Notes under the pieces: model-generated
Databases searched by the model: none
Told to the model about the DNA's origin: nothing
The model's input: the letters and a program-made list of their open reading frames with translations, nothing else
IMG/VR virus record: IMGVR_UViG_3300032321_000388
Coordinates: 1 to 64,000 of that record
DNA length: 64,000 bases
DNA from: a virus
Lineage: Duplodnaviria > Caudoviricetes
Reading direction: 5' to 3' (one strand)
In this document: positions 18,488-27,567 of the stretch, in pieces
How the letters are laid out: the number at the start of each line of letters is the position of its first letter
Numbering within the stretch: the stretch's first letter is position 1
Translations under genes and position numbers: made by a program

Positions 18488-19047
18488 TGTCAAAAGTAGT
18501 AGACAACTTAGTAGCTTACAGAGTACTCTCTATGTTGATAAAACCATTTGTAGAAACAGATGCTTACAAATTGGGTATAATCGATAGTAAAGGTAAAAAC
18601 CTCATAAAGTCTTCTGACTTCAAAACTGAAGCTCAGAAAGAAGCCTTTACGTATCTCCATCGATTGGTCTTCAATATGAAGAAAATTATCAACAAACTGC
18701 CAGGAGGCGAAAATAAGCTTAAGAGTGTTGTTAGTTCATACTTTCTAATAAAAGAGTATTATGAAACTAATAATCGTTCTACATCGTTAATGGAAGCAAG
18801 ATTCCATTCATTAATGCAATTTGATGGTATATTAGCTGAAGAAACAATCTTAGTTGAAAAGTACATGAAAGATCTTGAAGAAGACGGTGAAGGTGGCGGG
18901 GCTCCGGCTAACGTCACCGGAGCTATGGTATCTACAGATATTCCAGTTCCTAAAAAGAAAGATCTGAAGAAATATAAACAAAATCAAGAAGGTCGTGGTG
19001 GATCAGGTTTACTTAATCTAACTCGTAGACCGGAACCTAAACTATAA
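18487..19047 (+). CDS. conserved T4-like phage hypothetical protein
   Basis: DAYKLGIID.KG and HRLVFN.K motifs; coupled ORF. Confidence 0.7.
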   Translation: MSKVVDNLVAYRVLSMLIKPFVETDAYKLGIIDSKGKNLIKSSDFKTEAQKEAFTYLHRLVFNMKKIINKLPGGENKLKSVVSSYFLIKEYYETNNRSTSLMEARFHSLMQFDGILAEETILVEKYMKDLEEDGEGGGAPANVTGAMVSTDIPVPKKKDLKKYKQNQEGRGGSGLLNLTRRPEPKL

Positions 19048-19652
19048 TGTTTCTATTGAGTATTATACCCGATAGTATACTATACGGGTTCATCTTATCC
19101 ATAATGGGTATAGGTGCTGCACTATTTGTATTTGGTACATTTACTGTATTTCTTCCATTAGTTAAGTCATATGGATTACTAATGAGGACAGTTGGTATTA
19201 TCTTACTTATAGGAAGTGTCTATCTATATGGTGGATATGGTACTGAAATGAAATGGCGAAAAGTTGCTGCCGAACTTAAAGCAGATATGGATAAAAAAGT
19301 TGCTTTATCTGAAAAGAATTCAAAACAAATAGTTACTAAATATATTACAAAAACAAAGGTAGTTAAGGAGAAGGGTGATGTTATTATTAAGAAAGTTACT
19401 GAGTATATCAACAAGGACGCTGATGCTAAGTGCACTGTGCCTAAGTCTTTTGTCTTGCTCCACGATTCTGCCGCAAAAAATGAAGTTCCCGACTCCTCCC
19501 AAGGAATTGATGGATCCCCCAGTTCCGTTAAACTCTCTACCATCGGAGAAACAGTAACAATCAACTATAATAACTATCATCAGTTAAGTGAAAGATTAAA
19601 AGCACTACAAGACTGGGTAGAACAACAGGAAAAGATCTATAATGGCAAGTAA
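19047..19652 (+). CDS. Rz-like inner-membrane spanin
   Basis: N-terminal TM helices, coiled periplasmic domain, DAKCTVP..FV.LHDSAA...NY......LKALQDWV pattern; contains an embedded lipoprotein gene. Confidence 0.7.
   Translation: MFLLSIIPDSILYGFILSIMGIGAALFVFGTFTVFLPLVKSYGLLMRTVGIILLIGSVYLYGGYGTEMKWRKVAAELKADMDKKVALSEKNSKQIVTKYITKTKVVKEKGDVIIKKVTEYINKDADAKCTVPKSFVLLHDSAAKNEVPDSSQGIDGSPSSVKLSTIGETVTINYNNYHQLSERLKALQDWVEQQEKIYNGK
19378..19557 (+). CDS. Rz1-like outer-membrane spanin lipoprotein embedded in the +1 frame
   Basis: AAGGAG SD at 19365-19370, lipobox LLSC, Pro-rich mature part FPTPPKELMDPPVPL. Confidence 0.7.
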   Translation: MLLLRKLLSISTRTLMLSALCLSLLSCSTILPQKMKFPTPPKELMDPPVPLNSLPSEKQ

Positions 19653-20031
19653 TGAAGATATCAAATCATTAGAACGTATAGTTGAGAAGCTAGACTTATC
19701 TATAGACAAACTTACTGAAGTTAGTAATAACGTTAGTAAACTTCTTGCTGTACACGATACACGATTAAATGTAATCGAGAAAGATACCGTGAGAAACGAA
19801 GACGACATCAGAGATATTCATGTAAAGATGGATAATATCACCAAAGAGATATGTAGAAAAATAGATCAGTCTATGGCTAATAGTGTAGAAGGACATGCTC
19901 GCATTCAAGCTGCAATCGAAGAGAAACTTCAAGGTATTGATGCTAGAGTTAAGGTATTAGAAGTTTGGAGATGGTTAGTTATCGGTGGTGCTTTAGCTAT
20001 CGGATATCTAGTGAATAAGCTATATAAGTAA
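19642..20031 (+). CDS. coiled-coil protein with C-terminal TM helix
   Basis: Heptad pattern and LEVWRWLVIGGA TM tail. Confidence 0.65.
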   Translation: MASNEDIKSLERIVEKLDLSIDKLTEVSNNVSKLLAVHDTRLNVIEKDTVRNEDDIRDIHVKMDNITKEICRKIDQSMANSVEGHARIQAAIEEKLQGIDARVKVLEVWRWLVIGGALAIGYLVNKLYK

Positions 20032-20054
20032 TAGAAGAACTACCCCTTACAGTT

Positions 20055-20083
20055 ATTATACAACAACCCCGAATTAATGTACA
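20055..20083 (-). promoter_or_regulatory. early-type promoter on the minus strand (antisense to the spanin operon)
   Basis: Minus strand reads TGTACA-TTAATTCGGGGTTGTTG(17)-TATAAT, the same consensus as the plus-strand promoters. Confidence 0.7.
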
Positions 20084-20096
20084 ATTATTTTTTTCA

Positions 20097-20810
20097 ATGG
20101 CTAAATTAACCCTTAAAGAGATGAAGTTAAAGCTTCAGTACCATGATACTTTGAATCCAAAGTTATGGAATGACTTCGAACTTAATTCTCAAGTAAGATC
20201 TAAACTACTTCAATTTGCTGAAGTTTGGAGAGAATATGCTAAAATACCTAAAAACGCAGTTAGAGAAGTTATCCTTCTCGGTGGAAACGCTAATTACAAT
20301 TACACTGATATGTCTGACCTTGATGTACATGTGGTTGTTGATAAGTCTTTAATTGCCAAAGATAATCCATTACTAGACGACTATCTGCAAGATAAGAAAG
20401 TTATGTGGACTATGGCTCATAAGATAACCATTCTTGGATATGGACTAGAACCATATGCTCAGGATATATCAGTTGAGTATCCAAAGAATCAAGGTGTCTT
20501 TTCATTAACTAATAATGAATGGATTGCCAAGCCAGAGTTTGTTGGTGATGAGATGTTAAAGGATCCATACCTTAAGAAAAAGGTAAGTTTTTATATACAT
20601 ATGATTGATGATATGATTAAAAACCATGTTGATCTTGATTCAGTCAAACACTTCAAAGAAAAGCTTAGAGATATGCGCGGAGCTGCTATTAAAAAAGGTG
20701 GAGAATTCTCATTTGAAAACTTAGTCTTTAAAGAATTACGCAACCGCGGTTACCTAGATAAACTATCAGCCTATCAAAAAACAGAACAAGATCAATCCTT
20801 ATCTCTTTAA
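20097..20810 (+). CDS. Pol-beta-family nucleotidyltransferase-like protein
   Basis: GGNANYNY..SDLDVH motif; GEFSFENLVFKELRNRGY. Confidence 0.65.
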   Translation: MAKLTLKEMKLKLQYHDTLNPKLWNDFELNSQVRSKLLQFAEVWREYAKIPKNAVREVILLGGNANYNYTDMSDLDVHVVVDKSLIAKDNPLLDDYLQDKKVMWTMAHKITILGYGLEPYAQDISVEYPKNQGVFSLTNNEWIAKPEFVGDEMLKDPYLKKKVSFYIHMIDDMIKNHVDLDSVKHFKEKLRDMRGAAIKKGGEFSFENLVFKELRNRGYLDKLSAYQKTEQDQSLSL

Positions 20811-20814
20811 TAAT

Positions 20815-20843
20815 TGTACTTAAAGTACATTCTATAATATAAT
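20815..20843 (+). promoter_or_regulatory. early/middle promoter
   Basis: TGTACT-N17-TATAAT. Confidence 0.65.
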
Positions 20844-20848
20844 ACATT

Positions 20849-21076
20849 ATGAAAACATTTGATATCAAGTGGTTATCCACCTTTCTCTTTATAATTGGTG
20901 GAACTATCGTAGCATTAAAACTTCCTTTTATGCGATTTGGATTTCCTATGTTTGTTATAGCTCATGCTATACTAGTATATAGTTTTTACACCAGTCATAA
21001 AAACACCCCTCTTTTATTACAAAATATCTATTTTTTCTTTTTAAATATTATTGCCAGTTATATCTGGCTTTTTTAG
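20849..21076 (+). CDS. small multi-pass membrane protein
   Basis: Three hydrophobic segments. Confidence 0.6.
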   Translation: MKTFDIKWLSTFLFIIGGTIVALKLPFMRFGFPMFVIAHAILVYSFYTSHKNTPLLLQNIYFFFLNIIASYIWLF

Positions 21077-21084
21077 GAGTTAGT

Positions 21085-21348
21085 ATGTCACTTAGACCTC
21101 TAGGTAAGAAAGTATTAGTAGGAGAAAACAAGCGTGAGAACCAAACTGCTTCTGGTATCATCATTGAAGGATCAGATCGTCATGGAGAATCAAGAACAGG
21201 TACTGTAGTAGCTATTGGTCCTGAAGTCACTTTAGTGGCTATAGGTGATAAGATCTTATTAGATTGGTCAAAAGCTGCAGTAACTACCGTAGATGGAGCT
21301 CAGAGAGTTATCATATTGGAAGATAATATTGTTGCTGTAATAGAGTAA
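21085..21348 (+). CDS. groES: GroES-like co-chaperonin
   Basis: LRPLG.KVLV, TASGII, GTVVAIGP, EDNIVAV. Confidence 0.85.
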   Translation: MSLRPLGKKVLVGENKRENQTASGIIIEGSDRHGESRTGTVVAIGPEVTLVAIGDKILLDWSKAAVTTVDGAQRVIILEDNIVAVIE

Positions 21349-21353
21349 ATCAG

Positions 21354-21382
21354 TTTACTTTAATTGAAAAATGAGATATAAT
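21354..21382 (+). promoter_or_regulatory. early/middle promoter
   Basis: TTTACT-N17-TATAAT. Confidence 0.8.
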
Positions 21383-21390
21383 TATACTAT

Positions 21391-22410
21391 ATGTTATACA
21401 TCGATGCAAAATATGTAGGTCAGATTTCGTACAAGTTACGTAACTTTAAGAAAAAAAATGACTATTATTGGAACTTCAGTTGCCCTATCTGTGGTGACTC
21501 AAAGAAAAACATATTAAAAGCTCGTGGTTATGTATTTAAACATGACCAAAGACTAGTATATAAATGCCATAATTGTGGCTTTAGTTCAAACATTGGAAAT
21601 CTGATCAAGCATCTAGATCCTATACTATATAATGAATATGTTCTGGAGAGGTATAAAGAGAACTCATCCAAACATAATGATCATGTAAAACTAGAAGATA
21701 CTTCTATACATATCAATCCAGAACCTATTCTTTATGATTCTATATTGGATAATCTACAAAGGATTGACACACTCGATCTAGAACATCCAGCAAAACAATA
21801 TGTAGTTAATCGTAAGATTCCATCAGATAAATGGGATCTACTTTACTTTGTGTCTAAGTTTAAGACATGGTCTAATAGTATTAAGTATCAGTTTACAAAT
21901 ACAGAAAATGATACTCCACGCCTTGTTATACCGTTCTTTAACGAGGATGGTAAATGTTTTATGTATCAAGGTAGAGCTTTTGGTAAAGAGCAACCTAAGT
22001 ATATTACAATTAGACTAGATGAAAAAGAAGAAAAGATTTTTGGTGTAGATCGACTCGACTATTCAAAATGTATCTACGTAGTCGAAGGTCCTATTGATTC
22101 TATATTTGTACCAAATTCTATTGCAATTGGTGGAGCAGGATTTGATATCCCATTTACACAAGGTATCAAGACTAATGCAACATTAATTATGGATAACGAA
22201 CCAAGATCTAAAGAGATATGTAAGTTTATCGAGAAGCTTATTAATGAAGATTATTCTGTTTGTCTATGGCCAGATACTGTACAAGAAAAAGATGTTAATG
22301 AAATGATCATGGCTGGTAAGTCAATAAATCAAATTATGGAAACCATAAATACCAATACATTCCAAGGTATGGAAGCAAAACTTAAATTTACTCAATGGAG
22401 AAAATGCTAA
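21391..22410 (+). CDS. 61: DNA primase (gp61)
   Basis: CPICGDS...CHNC zinc finger, VEGPIDS TOPRIM, DNEPR, KDVNEM. Confidence 0.96.
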   Translation: MLYIDAKYVGQISYKLRNFKKKNDYYWNFSCPICGDSKKNILKARGYVFKHDQRLVYKCHNCGFSSNIGNLIKHLDPILYNEYVLERYKENSSKHNDHVKLEDTSIHINPEPILYDSILDNLQRIDTLDLEHPAKQYVVNRKIPSDKWDLLYFVSKFKTWSNSIKYQFTNTENDTPRLVIPFFNEDGKCFMYQGRAFGKEQPKYITIRLDEKEEKIFGVDRLDYSKCIYVVEGPIDSIFVPNSIAIGGAGFDIPFTQGIKTNATLIMDNEPRSKEICKFIEKLINEDYSVCLWPDTVQEKDVNEMIMAGKSINQIMETINTNTFQGMEAKLKFTQWRKC

Positions 22411-22901
22411 TGGATTATAAGATTATTGATAACGCATTACCTGAAGAAGAGTTTTATAAAATAAAAAGTTTAATATTTAATCAAATATTTCCTTGGTATT
22501 ATAACGACTATGTTGCTCATGAATATGATAATAGTTCAACTGGATATTTTATTCATGATTTTTATAATTTTGATAAAAATCCAATGGTTGGAAGTAATTT
22601 TACATCAATTTTACCAATTCTTGCTTTAATACAGCCTAGAAGTTTAATGAGGGTACGAGCTAACCTATATTTACGAACTTCTGAAATAGAATATCATGAC
22701 AAACATGTAGATAAAAATTATGACCATAATGGAGCAATACTTTATCTTAATACTAATAATGGATGCACCGTACTTGAAGATGGAACAAAAATTGAATCAT
22801 TAGAAAATAGAATACTGTTATTTAATCCCGGCAAACTTCATTCATCTACTTCGTGCAATGATCAATCGTATAGATCAAATATTATTATTAACTACTTTTA
22901 A
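22410..22901 (+). CDS. 2OG-Fe(II) oxygenase
   Basis: H.D, AILYLNTNNG.T, NR.LLF, H.S, R..I.INYF. Confidence 0.8.
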   Translation: MDYKIIDNALPEEEFYKIKSLIFNQIFPWYYNDYVAHEYDNSSTGYFIHDFYNFDKNPMVGSNFTSILPILALIQPRSLMRVRANLYLRTSEIEYHDKHVDKNYDHNGAILYLNTNNGCTVLEDGTKIESLENRILLFNPGKLHSSTSCNDQSYRSNIIINYF

Positions 22902-22904
22902 ATT

Positions 22905-23762
22905 ATGAAAATATTAATTACAGGAGTTACTGGATATATTGGATCTACTTTAGCAAAGATCTTATTTGAACGTGGTCATCATATCGTAGGTCTTGATATT
23001 CGATGGGATCAAAATGATGTAATAAAATATTGTCATAGGATATTAGTTAAAGACGTAACTCGTCATATTAATGATGAAGACTATGATATAATCGTCCATC
23101 TTGCTGGTTTAATCCAAGTAGAAGAAAGTGTTAGATTCCCATCTAAGTATTATGGTACTAATTTAGGTGGAACACTAAATATGTTAAGGCAACAAGGTAA
23201 TCCACACTTTATCTTTGCATCTACAGCAGGCGCTTTTGATCCAGCAAATCCATACGCAAGATCAAAGATTGCAGCTGAAGATATCATTAAAGAAAAATCA
23301 AATAACTATACTATATTTAGGTTCTTTAATGTTGCAGGATCCGATGGAGAGAATCGACAAGTTGGAAGATCCTCTCATCTAATTAGAATTGCTGCTGAAG
23401 TTGCAGCAGGTAAAAGAAAGGAAATGCAAATTTATGGAAACGATTATGATACTCCTGATGGTACTTGTGTTCGCGATTATATTCATGTGGTTGACCTTGC
23501 TACGGCTATCGCTGATACGATTGACCATGGAGCCTTTAACACGCCGTATGAATGTATTGGATCAGGAAAAGGATACTCAGTCAAAGAAGTTATTTCAGCG
23601 ATGGAAAGTATTACTGGACCGCTTAATGTAAAGATTGGCGAAAGGCGTGCTGGAGATCCTGCAAAATTATCTATTGATAATCAATTTAAGCTTTTAAAAC
23701 CTCAATATAGTTTATATGATATGTGTCAGACAGCTTATTATGCGGAGTTATCAAGAAAATGA
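22905..23762 (+). CDS. galE: GalE-like NDP-sugar epimerase (extended SDR)
   Basis: ITGVTGYIG, YARSK, RFFNVAG, GNDYDTPDGTCVRDYIHVVDLA, RRAGDPA. Confidence 0.88.
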   Translation: MKILITGVTGYIGSTLAKILFERGHHIVGLDIRWDQNDVIKYCHRILVKDVTRHINDEDYDIIVHLAGLIQVEESVRFPSKYYGTNLGGTLNMLRQQGNPHFIFASTAGAFDPANPYARSKIAAEDIIKEKSNNYTIFRFFNVAGSDGENRQVGRSSHLIRIAAEVAAGKRKEMQIYGNDYDTPDGTCVRDYIHVVDLATAIADTIDHGAFNTPYECIGSGKGYSVKEVISAMESITGPLNVKIGERRAGDPAKLSIDNQFKLLKPQYSLYDMCQTAYYAELSRK

Positions 23763-24793
23763 ACGCAATAGATCTAGTTGGTGGTAAGTTAACTAATTCA
23801 GAATATTCTCATAAAGCGGGTTGGGCTTATATGAGAGCATGTCAGTTGCAGCAAGCTACTGGAAAAGAATTTAAAGTATTACATAATGGAGAATCCTGGG
23901 ATGACTATGATACAGTATATCTATATCATGGTATGGAATTCCAAGGTTCATTGAATCTATTTGGAGGCGCAACTGAAGAATCTGCCAAGTACTTTGAAAG
24001 ACTAGCAACAACTAACGCTGGTTTAATCTCGCTTGATATACCAATGCCAGATTATGGAGAACTCTGTAAAGGTAGATTATCTGCATGTGATGACTATTGG
24101 AGAAATGTAGATTGGAATGCTGTATCAGCCAAATGTAAACAAATTCCAGATACAAGGAATCCATTAATTACAGACAAGTTAGTTATTGGAGACAGTCATG
24201 CATTCTCTGTATATCAGTCAAGATATAATGTTATTCGCAAGGATGCTAGAACTCTTCGTGGTGTATTAAAGAAAACAATTAAAAAAGAAATGATAGATCA
24301 TGGTATTGACCCGCGCGATATAAATACCATTACCACTTATTACGGTAACATTGATATTAGACATCATTTAATGAGAGAGACTAATCCTACTGGAGAAATT
24401 GATCTGTTACTTGCTGAATATGAGAAACAACTTAAAGAACTTGGTATTAGGAATGTTGAAGTAGTAAGTCCTCTTCCTATTGAAGATGAATCTCGTAGAT
24501 TGCCAAAGACTGGATATTTTAAAAATACTCCGTTCTATGGTAGTCAAATAGAAAGAGCTGAACTAGCTAATTATTTTAGTCATCAATTAGCTAGAATTTG
24601 TGAAAGAAATGGTTGGAATAATTTTACATGGCCTAATGAATGGTATACAATAGTACCTTTAGAGTACATGAAAACTTATATGGAAAGACCTAAGTCGGTT
24701 CACTTAGCTCCAAAATTTCATCGTTGGAATTATTGGAAGAACGAACCAAATGTAATAGAAGTACAATCATCATTAAACTCATTTTTTGAATAA
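23759..24793 (+). CDS. hypothetical protein: beta-glucosyltransferase-like N-domain plus SGNH-like C-domain
   Basis: DYD...SLNLFGG...LDIPMP resembles T4 BGT DYD...SINFFGG...TDIRLP; C-terminal GDSH, GNID and SVHL resemble SGNH blocks. Confidence 0.45.
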   Translation: MNAIDLVGGKLTNSEYSHKAGWAYMRACQLQQATGKEFKVLHNGESWDDYDTVYLYHGMEFQGSLNLFGGATEESAKYFERLATTNAGLISLDIPMPDYGELCKGRLSACDDYWRNVDWNAVSAKCKQIPDTRNPLITDKLVIGDSHAFSVYQSRYNVIRKDARTLRGVLKKTIKKEMIDHGIDPRDINTITTYYGNIDIRHHLMRETNPTGEIDLLLAEYEKQLKELGIRNVEVVSPLPIEDESRRLPKTGYFKNTPFYGSQIERAELANYFSHQLARICERNGWNNFTWPNEWYTIVPLEYMKTYMERPKSVHLAPKFHRWNYWKNEPNVIEVQSSLNSFFE

Positions 24794-24857
24794 GGTCCTA
24801 CTCTTGGGAAACCAGGCCAAATTTGACCTTCAAATAAACTGATATAAAGGAGACAAT

Positions 24858-26132
24858 ATGTCTAAAATTAAAGTAGCAATTATTGGCGTAGGCAACTGTG
24901 CCAAATCTCTCGTTGAAGGTATTCAGTACTATATTGAAAATCCAGACGACAAAGTAGGTCTAATGTATTCAGACATCGGTGGATATACTGTAAATGATAT
25001 TGAATTTGTTTGCGGTTTTGATGTGGATATTCGTAAAGTTAATCACCCATTAAAGGATGCTTTAAGAGCATTACCAAACTGCGCAATGGATCATGTGTTT
25101 GATATTACTGAAGCATGTGTATCTAAGGATGCAATGGTTTATTCAGGTCCGCTACTAGATGGCATAGCTCCACACATGTTGGACTACCCAGAAGAAGTAT
25201 CATTCAGGATCGGTGCTATTCCAGCTGAACCATTTGATCGTGTAGTCGATCTATTAAAATATCATAAGGTAGATGTTATCATTAATTATTTACCAGTTGG
25301 TTCAGAAGAAGCAACTAAGTTTTATGTAGATGCAGCGATCAAAGCAAAATGCCATTTCATTAACTGTATTCCTACATTAATCGATTACGAAGTTGCTCAA
25401 GAAGTAGAACAGCGATTTATTGATAATGGTTTAACAATCGTTGGTTCTGATATGAGATCAGGTTGGGGTGCTTCACGTTTATCTGAAGTATTACAGGGAG
25501 CAATGTTAGATTCTGGTTTAATGGTTACACAACATATTCAAATGAACATGGCTGCAGGTACAACTCAAGGTCAAGAAAATACCCGCACTGGTAGAACAGC
25601 AAATACTGACTTCTTGAATATGGCTAAGGAATATCGTTTAGAATCTAAACACATCTCTAAAGAGAACGTACTTAAAGGACAAAACATTGTTCGTGATGAA
25701 TCTATTGCTGGCATGACTCTTTATGCAGGTCCAAGTTTAACAGTGTTACAGAAACCAGGTGGTACATATGTTGGTTCAGATAATAAGATTGCCAATCTTG
25801 ATATAGTTGCATATGGTTTTGGTGGAGCACGTTATGAATTAACAGCACGTTTATCCGTACAAGATTCTCCAAACTCAGGTTCAGTTGTGGTATCAGCAAT
25901 TCGATTCTGTAAAGTTGCTTCTGAAATGGGTATTGTAGGTTATTTAAGAGGTGCTTCAGCATGGACTCAAAAATCTCCTCCATTACAAATGAAGACAGAA
26001 GATGCAAAATATGAATGTGATGCTTTAGCTCGTCGACGTTTTACTGAGTTGACTGAATTACAACAATCAAATAAGAATCCAAAAGCTAAAAAATTACCAT
26101 ACACATTTAATAAAGCAGTACTGGACTATTAA
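24858..26132 (+). CDS. ino1: myo-inositol-1-phosphate synthase (Ino1)
   Basis: KVAIIGVGNCAKSLVEG, INYLPVGSEEA, FINCIP, NTDFLNM, L.VQDSPNS; AAGGAG SD. Confidence 0.9.
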   Translation: MSKIKVAIIGVGNCAKSLVEGIQYYIENPDDKVGLMYSDIGGYTVNDIEFVCGFDVDIRKVNHPLKDALRALPNCAMDHVFDITEACVSKDAMVYSGPLLDGIAPHMLDYPEEVSFRIGAIPAEPFDRVVDLLKYHKVDVIINYLPVGSEEATKFYVDAAIKAKCHFINCIPTLIDYEVAQEVEQRFIDNGLTIVGSDMRSGWGASRLSEVLQGAMLDSGLMVTQHIQMNMAAGTTQGQENTRTGRTANTDFLNMAKEYRLESKHISKENVLKGQNIVRDESIAGMTLYAGPSLTVLQKPGGTYVGSDNKIANLDIVAYGFGGARYELTARLSVQDSPNSGSVVVSAIRFCKVASEMGIVGYLRGASAWTQKSPPLQMKTEDAKYECDALARRRFTELTELQQSNKNPKAKKLPYTFNKAVLDY

Positions 26133-26506
26133 TGAATAGTTTTGATATTGACGGTGTTATATACATTCGTAAGGGCCTGATCGGAGTTAGACCTGGTCCC
26201 GATGATGTTATTATTACTGGTAGATCTATTGATGAAGAACCTGAAACTAAAGAAATGCTTGAGTCTGCAGGTATTTTTAATACAGTATTTTATAATCCTA
26301 CAAACTTTGATAATAAATCTAGAGCAGGTTCAGGAGTTCATAAGGCAATGATTCTTAATGCTCTTAAAGAAACTGGAAAGGATATTCAAATTCATTTTGA
26401 AGATGATCCAATTCAGATTGCTGAAATTAAAAAACATGCTCCTTGGGTTAACATTGTACATCTAGATCATGACTTGACCTATAAGGAAAATATGAGACAT
26501 GTATGA
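26132..26506 (+). CDS. minimal HAD-family phosphatase
   Basis: FDIDGV, ITGRS, HK, HFEDD. Confidence 0.8.
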   Translation: MNSFDIDGVIYIRKGLIGVRPGPDDVIITGRSIDEEPETKEMLESAGIFNTVFYNPTNFDNKSRAGSGVHKAMILNALKETGKDIQIHFEDDPIQIAEIKKHAPWVNIVHLDHDLTYKENMRHV

Positions 26507-27566
26507 GAAGTATCTCAACATCGAGAAATTTAAAGACTTTGAGCATTTTCTAGTAAAGGTTAATGAAAGAACTGAATGGCAATTTGGTCTTCGTGACAAG
26601 TATGAAAATGATGATTCAGTAGATCCAGCATTAAATGCTGACGTTGAGTATTTTGGTTTCAATATTCTGCAAGATGATCGAATGAGATATATCATTGAGA
26701 ATATAGTAACTGTTCCTACTCTGTCTATGCCTAATAAAATAGGTAATACAATTATATCTCACTTCTATGGAGCTCGAGGTATTCATGGATTGGTCACTGG
26801 TATATCAGATGTTAAGCAAGCCCATGTTGATTTTGAAAGAATCGGCAAAGGAGATGATGATTACCTGAATGAAATAAAAAGATATATAGATATAGGTAGG
26901 CAACAAAAGCAGAAGTTCTATGGTACAACTGAGTTGCATACGTCTCTCCAGACAGCAGCTAGAAACTATTGTAGAATTAAGTATAATGATGCAAATAGAA
27001 AAGCTACTCTGGCGGATATTATTGAATGGATATCTAGCTGGACTATCGATGGTACTATAGATAATATTATAGAGAATGCAAGTTCTCTTAAAGCAATGTT
27101 TGATATTCTTACTTCCAAACCTGGAATTGGAGAATATTATGGGTATCACTGTGCTACTTCAAACTCAGTAAACCCATATTTACCTTTCCATCATGATGAA
27201 AGCTTTTGTGCTCCTGGTCCTGGTGCTAGGGAATCATTAGAAAATATATTTGATAAATGGACTGGTAAGAAGTTTCCTTATGCAGATATGGTTGTATGGT
27301 TAAGAGATAACCAAGAACGACTTTTTGAAAGAATAAATATTCATCCACACTTTCATAATTTTGAAGTTGGTAATGTTAAAGTATTTGAACATAATCAAAA
27401 CAATATGAAGGTATATGGAACAGAGGTAGGTTTATGTCAATATGGAGTTTACTGTTGGCTTAAAGCAAATCCTCATTTGATATCAAAACGCAAGATTGCC
27501 AGAGTAAACACGATTCAAGAAGGTGGTGTTTGTGCTGGTGCAACATTAAATGATTTTATAGGATAA
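26499..27566 (+). CDS. aGPT-pyrophosphorylase / amino-acid:DNA-transferase-like HhH-fold DNA base-modifying enzyme
   Basis: HhH-like PGIGEYYGY, downstream PGPGA..SL, and a C-terminal E..LCQY motif. Confidence 0.6.
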   Translation: MYEKYLNIEKFKDFEHFLVKVNERTEWQFGLRDKYENDDSVDPALNADVEYFGFNILQDDRMRYIIENIVTVPTLSMPNKIGNTIISHFYGARGIHGLVTGISDVKQAHVDFERIGKGDDDYLNEIKRYIDIGRQQKQKFYGTTELHTSLQTAARNYCRIKYNDANRKATLADIIEWISSWTIDGTIDNIIENASSLKAMFDILTSKPGIGEYYGYHCATSNSVNPYLPFHHDESFCAPGPGARESLENIFDKWTGKKFPYADMVVWLRDNQERLFERINIHPHFHNFEVGNVKVFEHNQNNMKVYGTEVGLCQYGVYCWLKANPHLISKRKIARVNTIQEGGVCAGATLNDFIG

Positions 27567-27567
27567 T

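Noticed and set aside
19500-19652. Frameshift error splitting an o-spanin
   Set aside because: The C-terminal NY...LQDWV segment fits the Rz-type i-spanin itself, so a fully embedded Rz1 explains both frames.
24792-24850. preQ1-I riboswitch call
   Set aside because: Only a superficial stem plus A-rich tail; loop consensus and gene context do not fit. Kept only as an unclassified hairpin.
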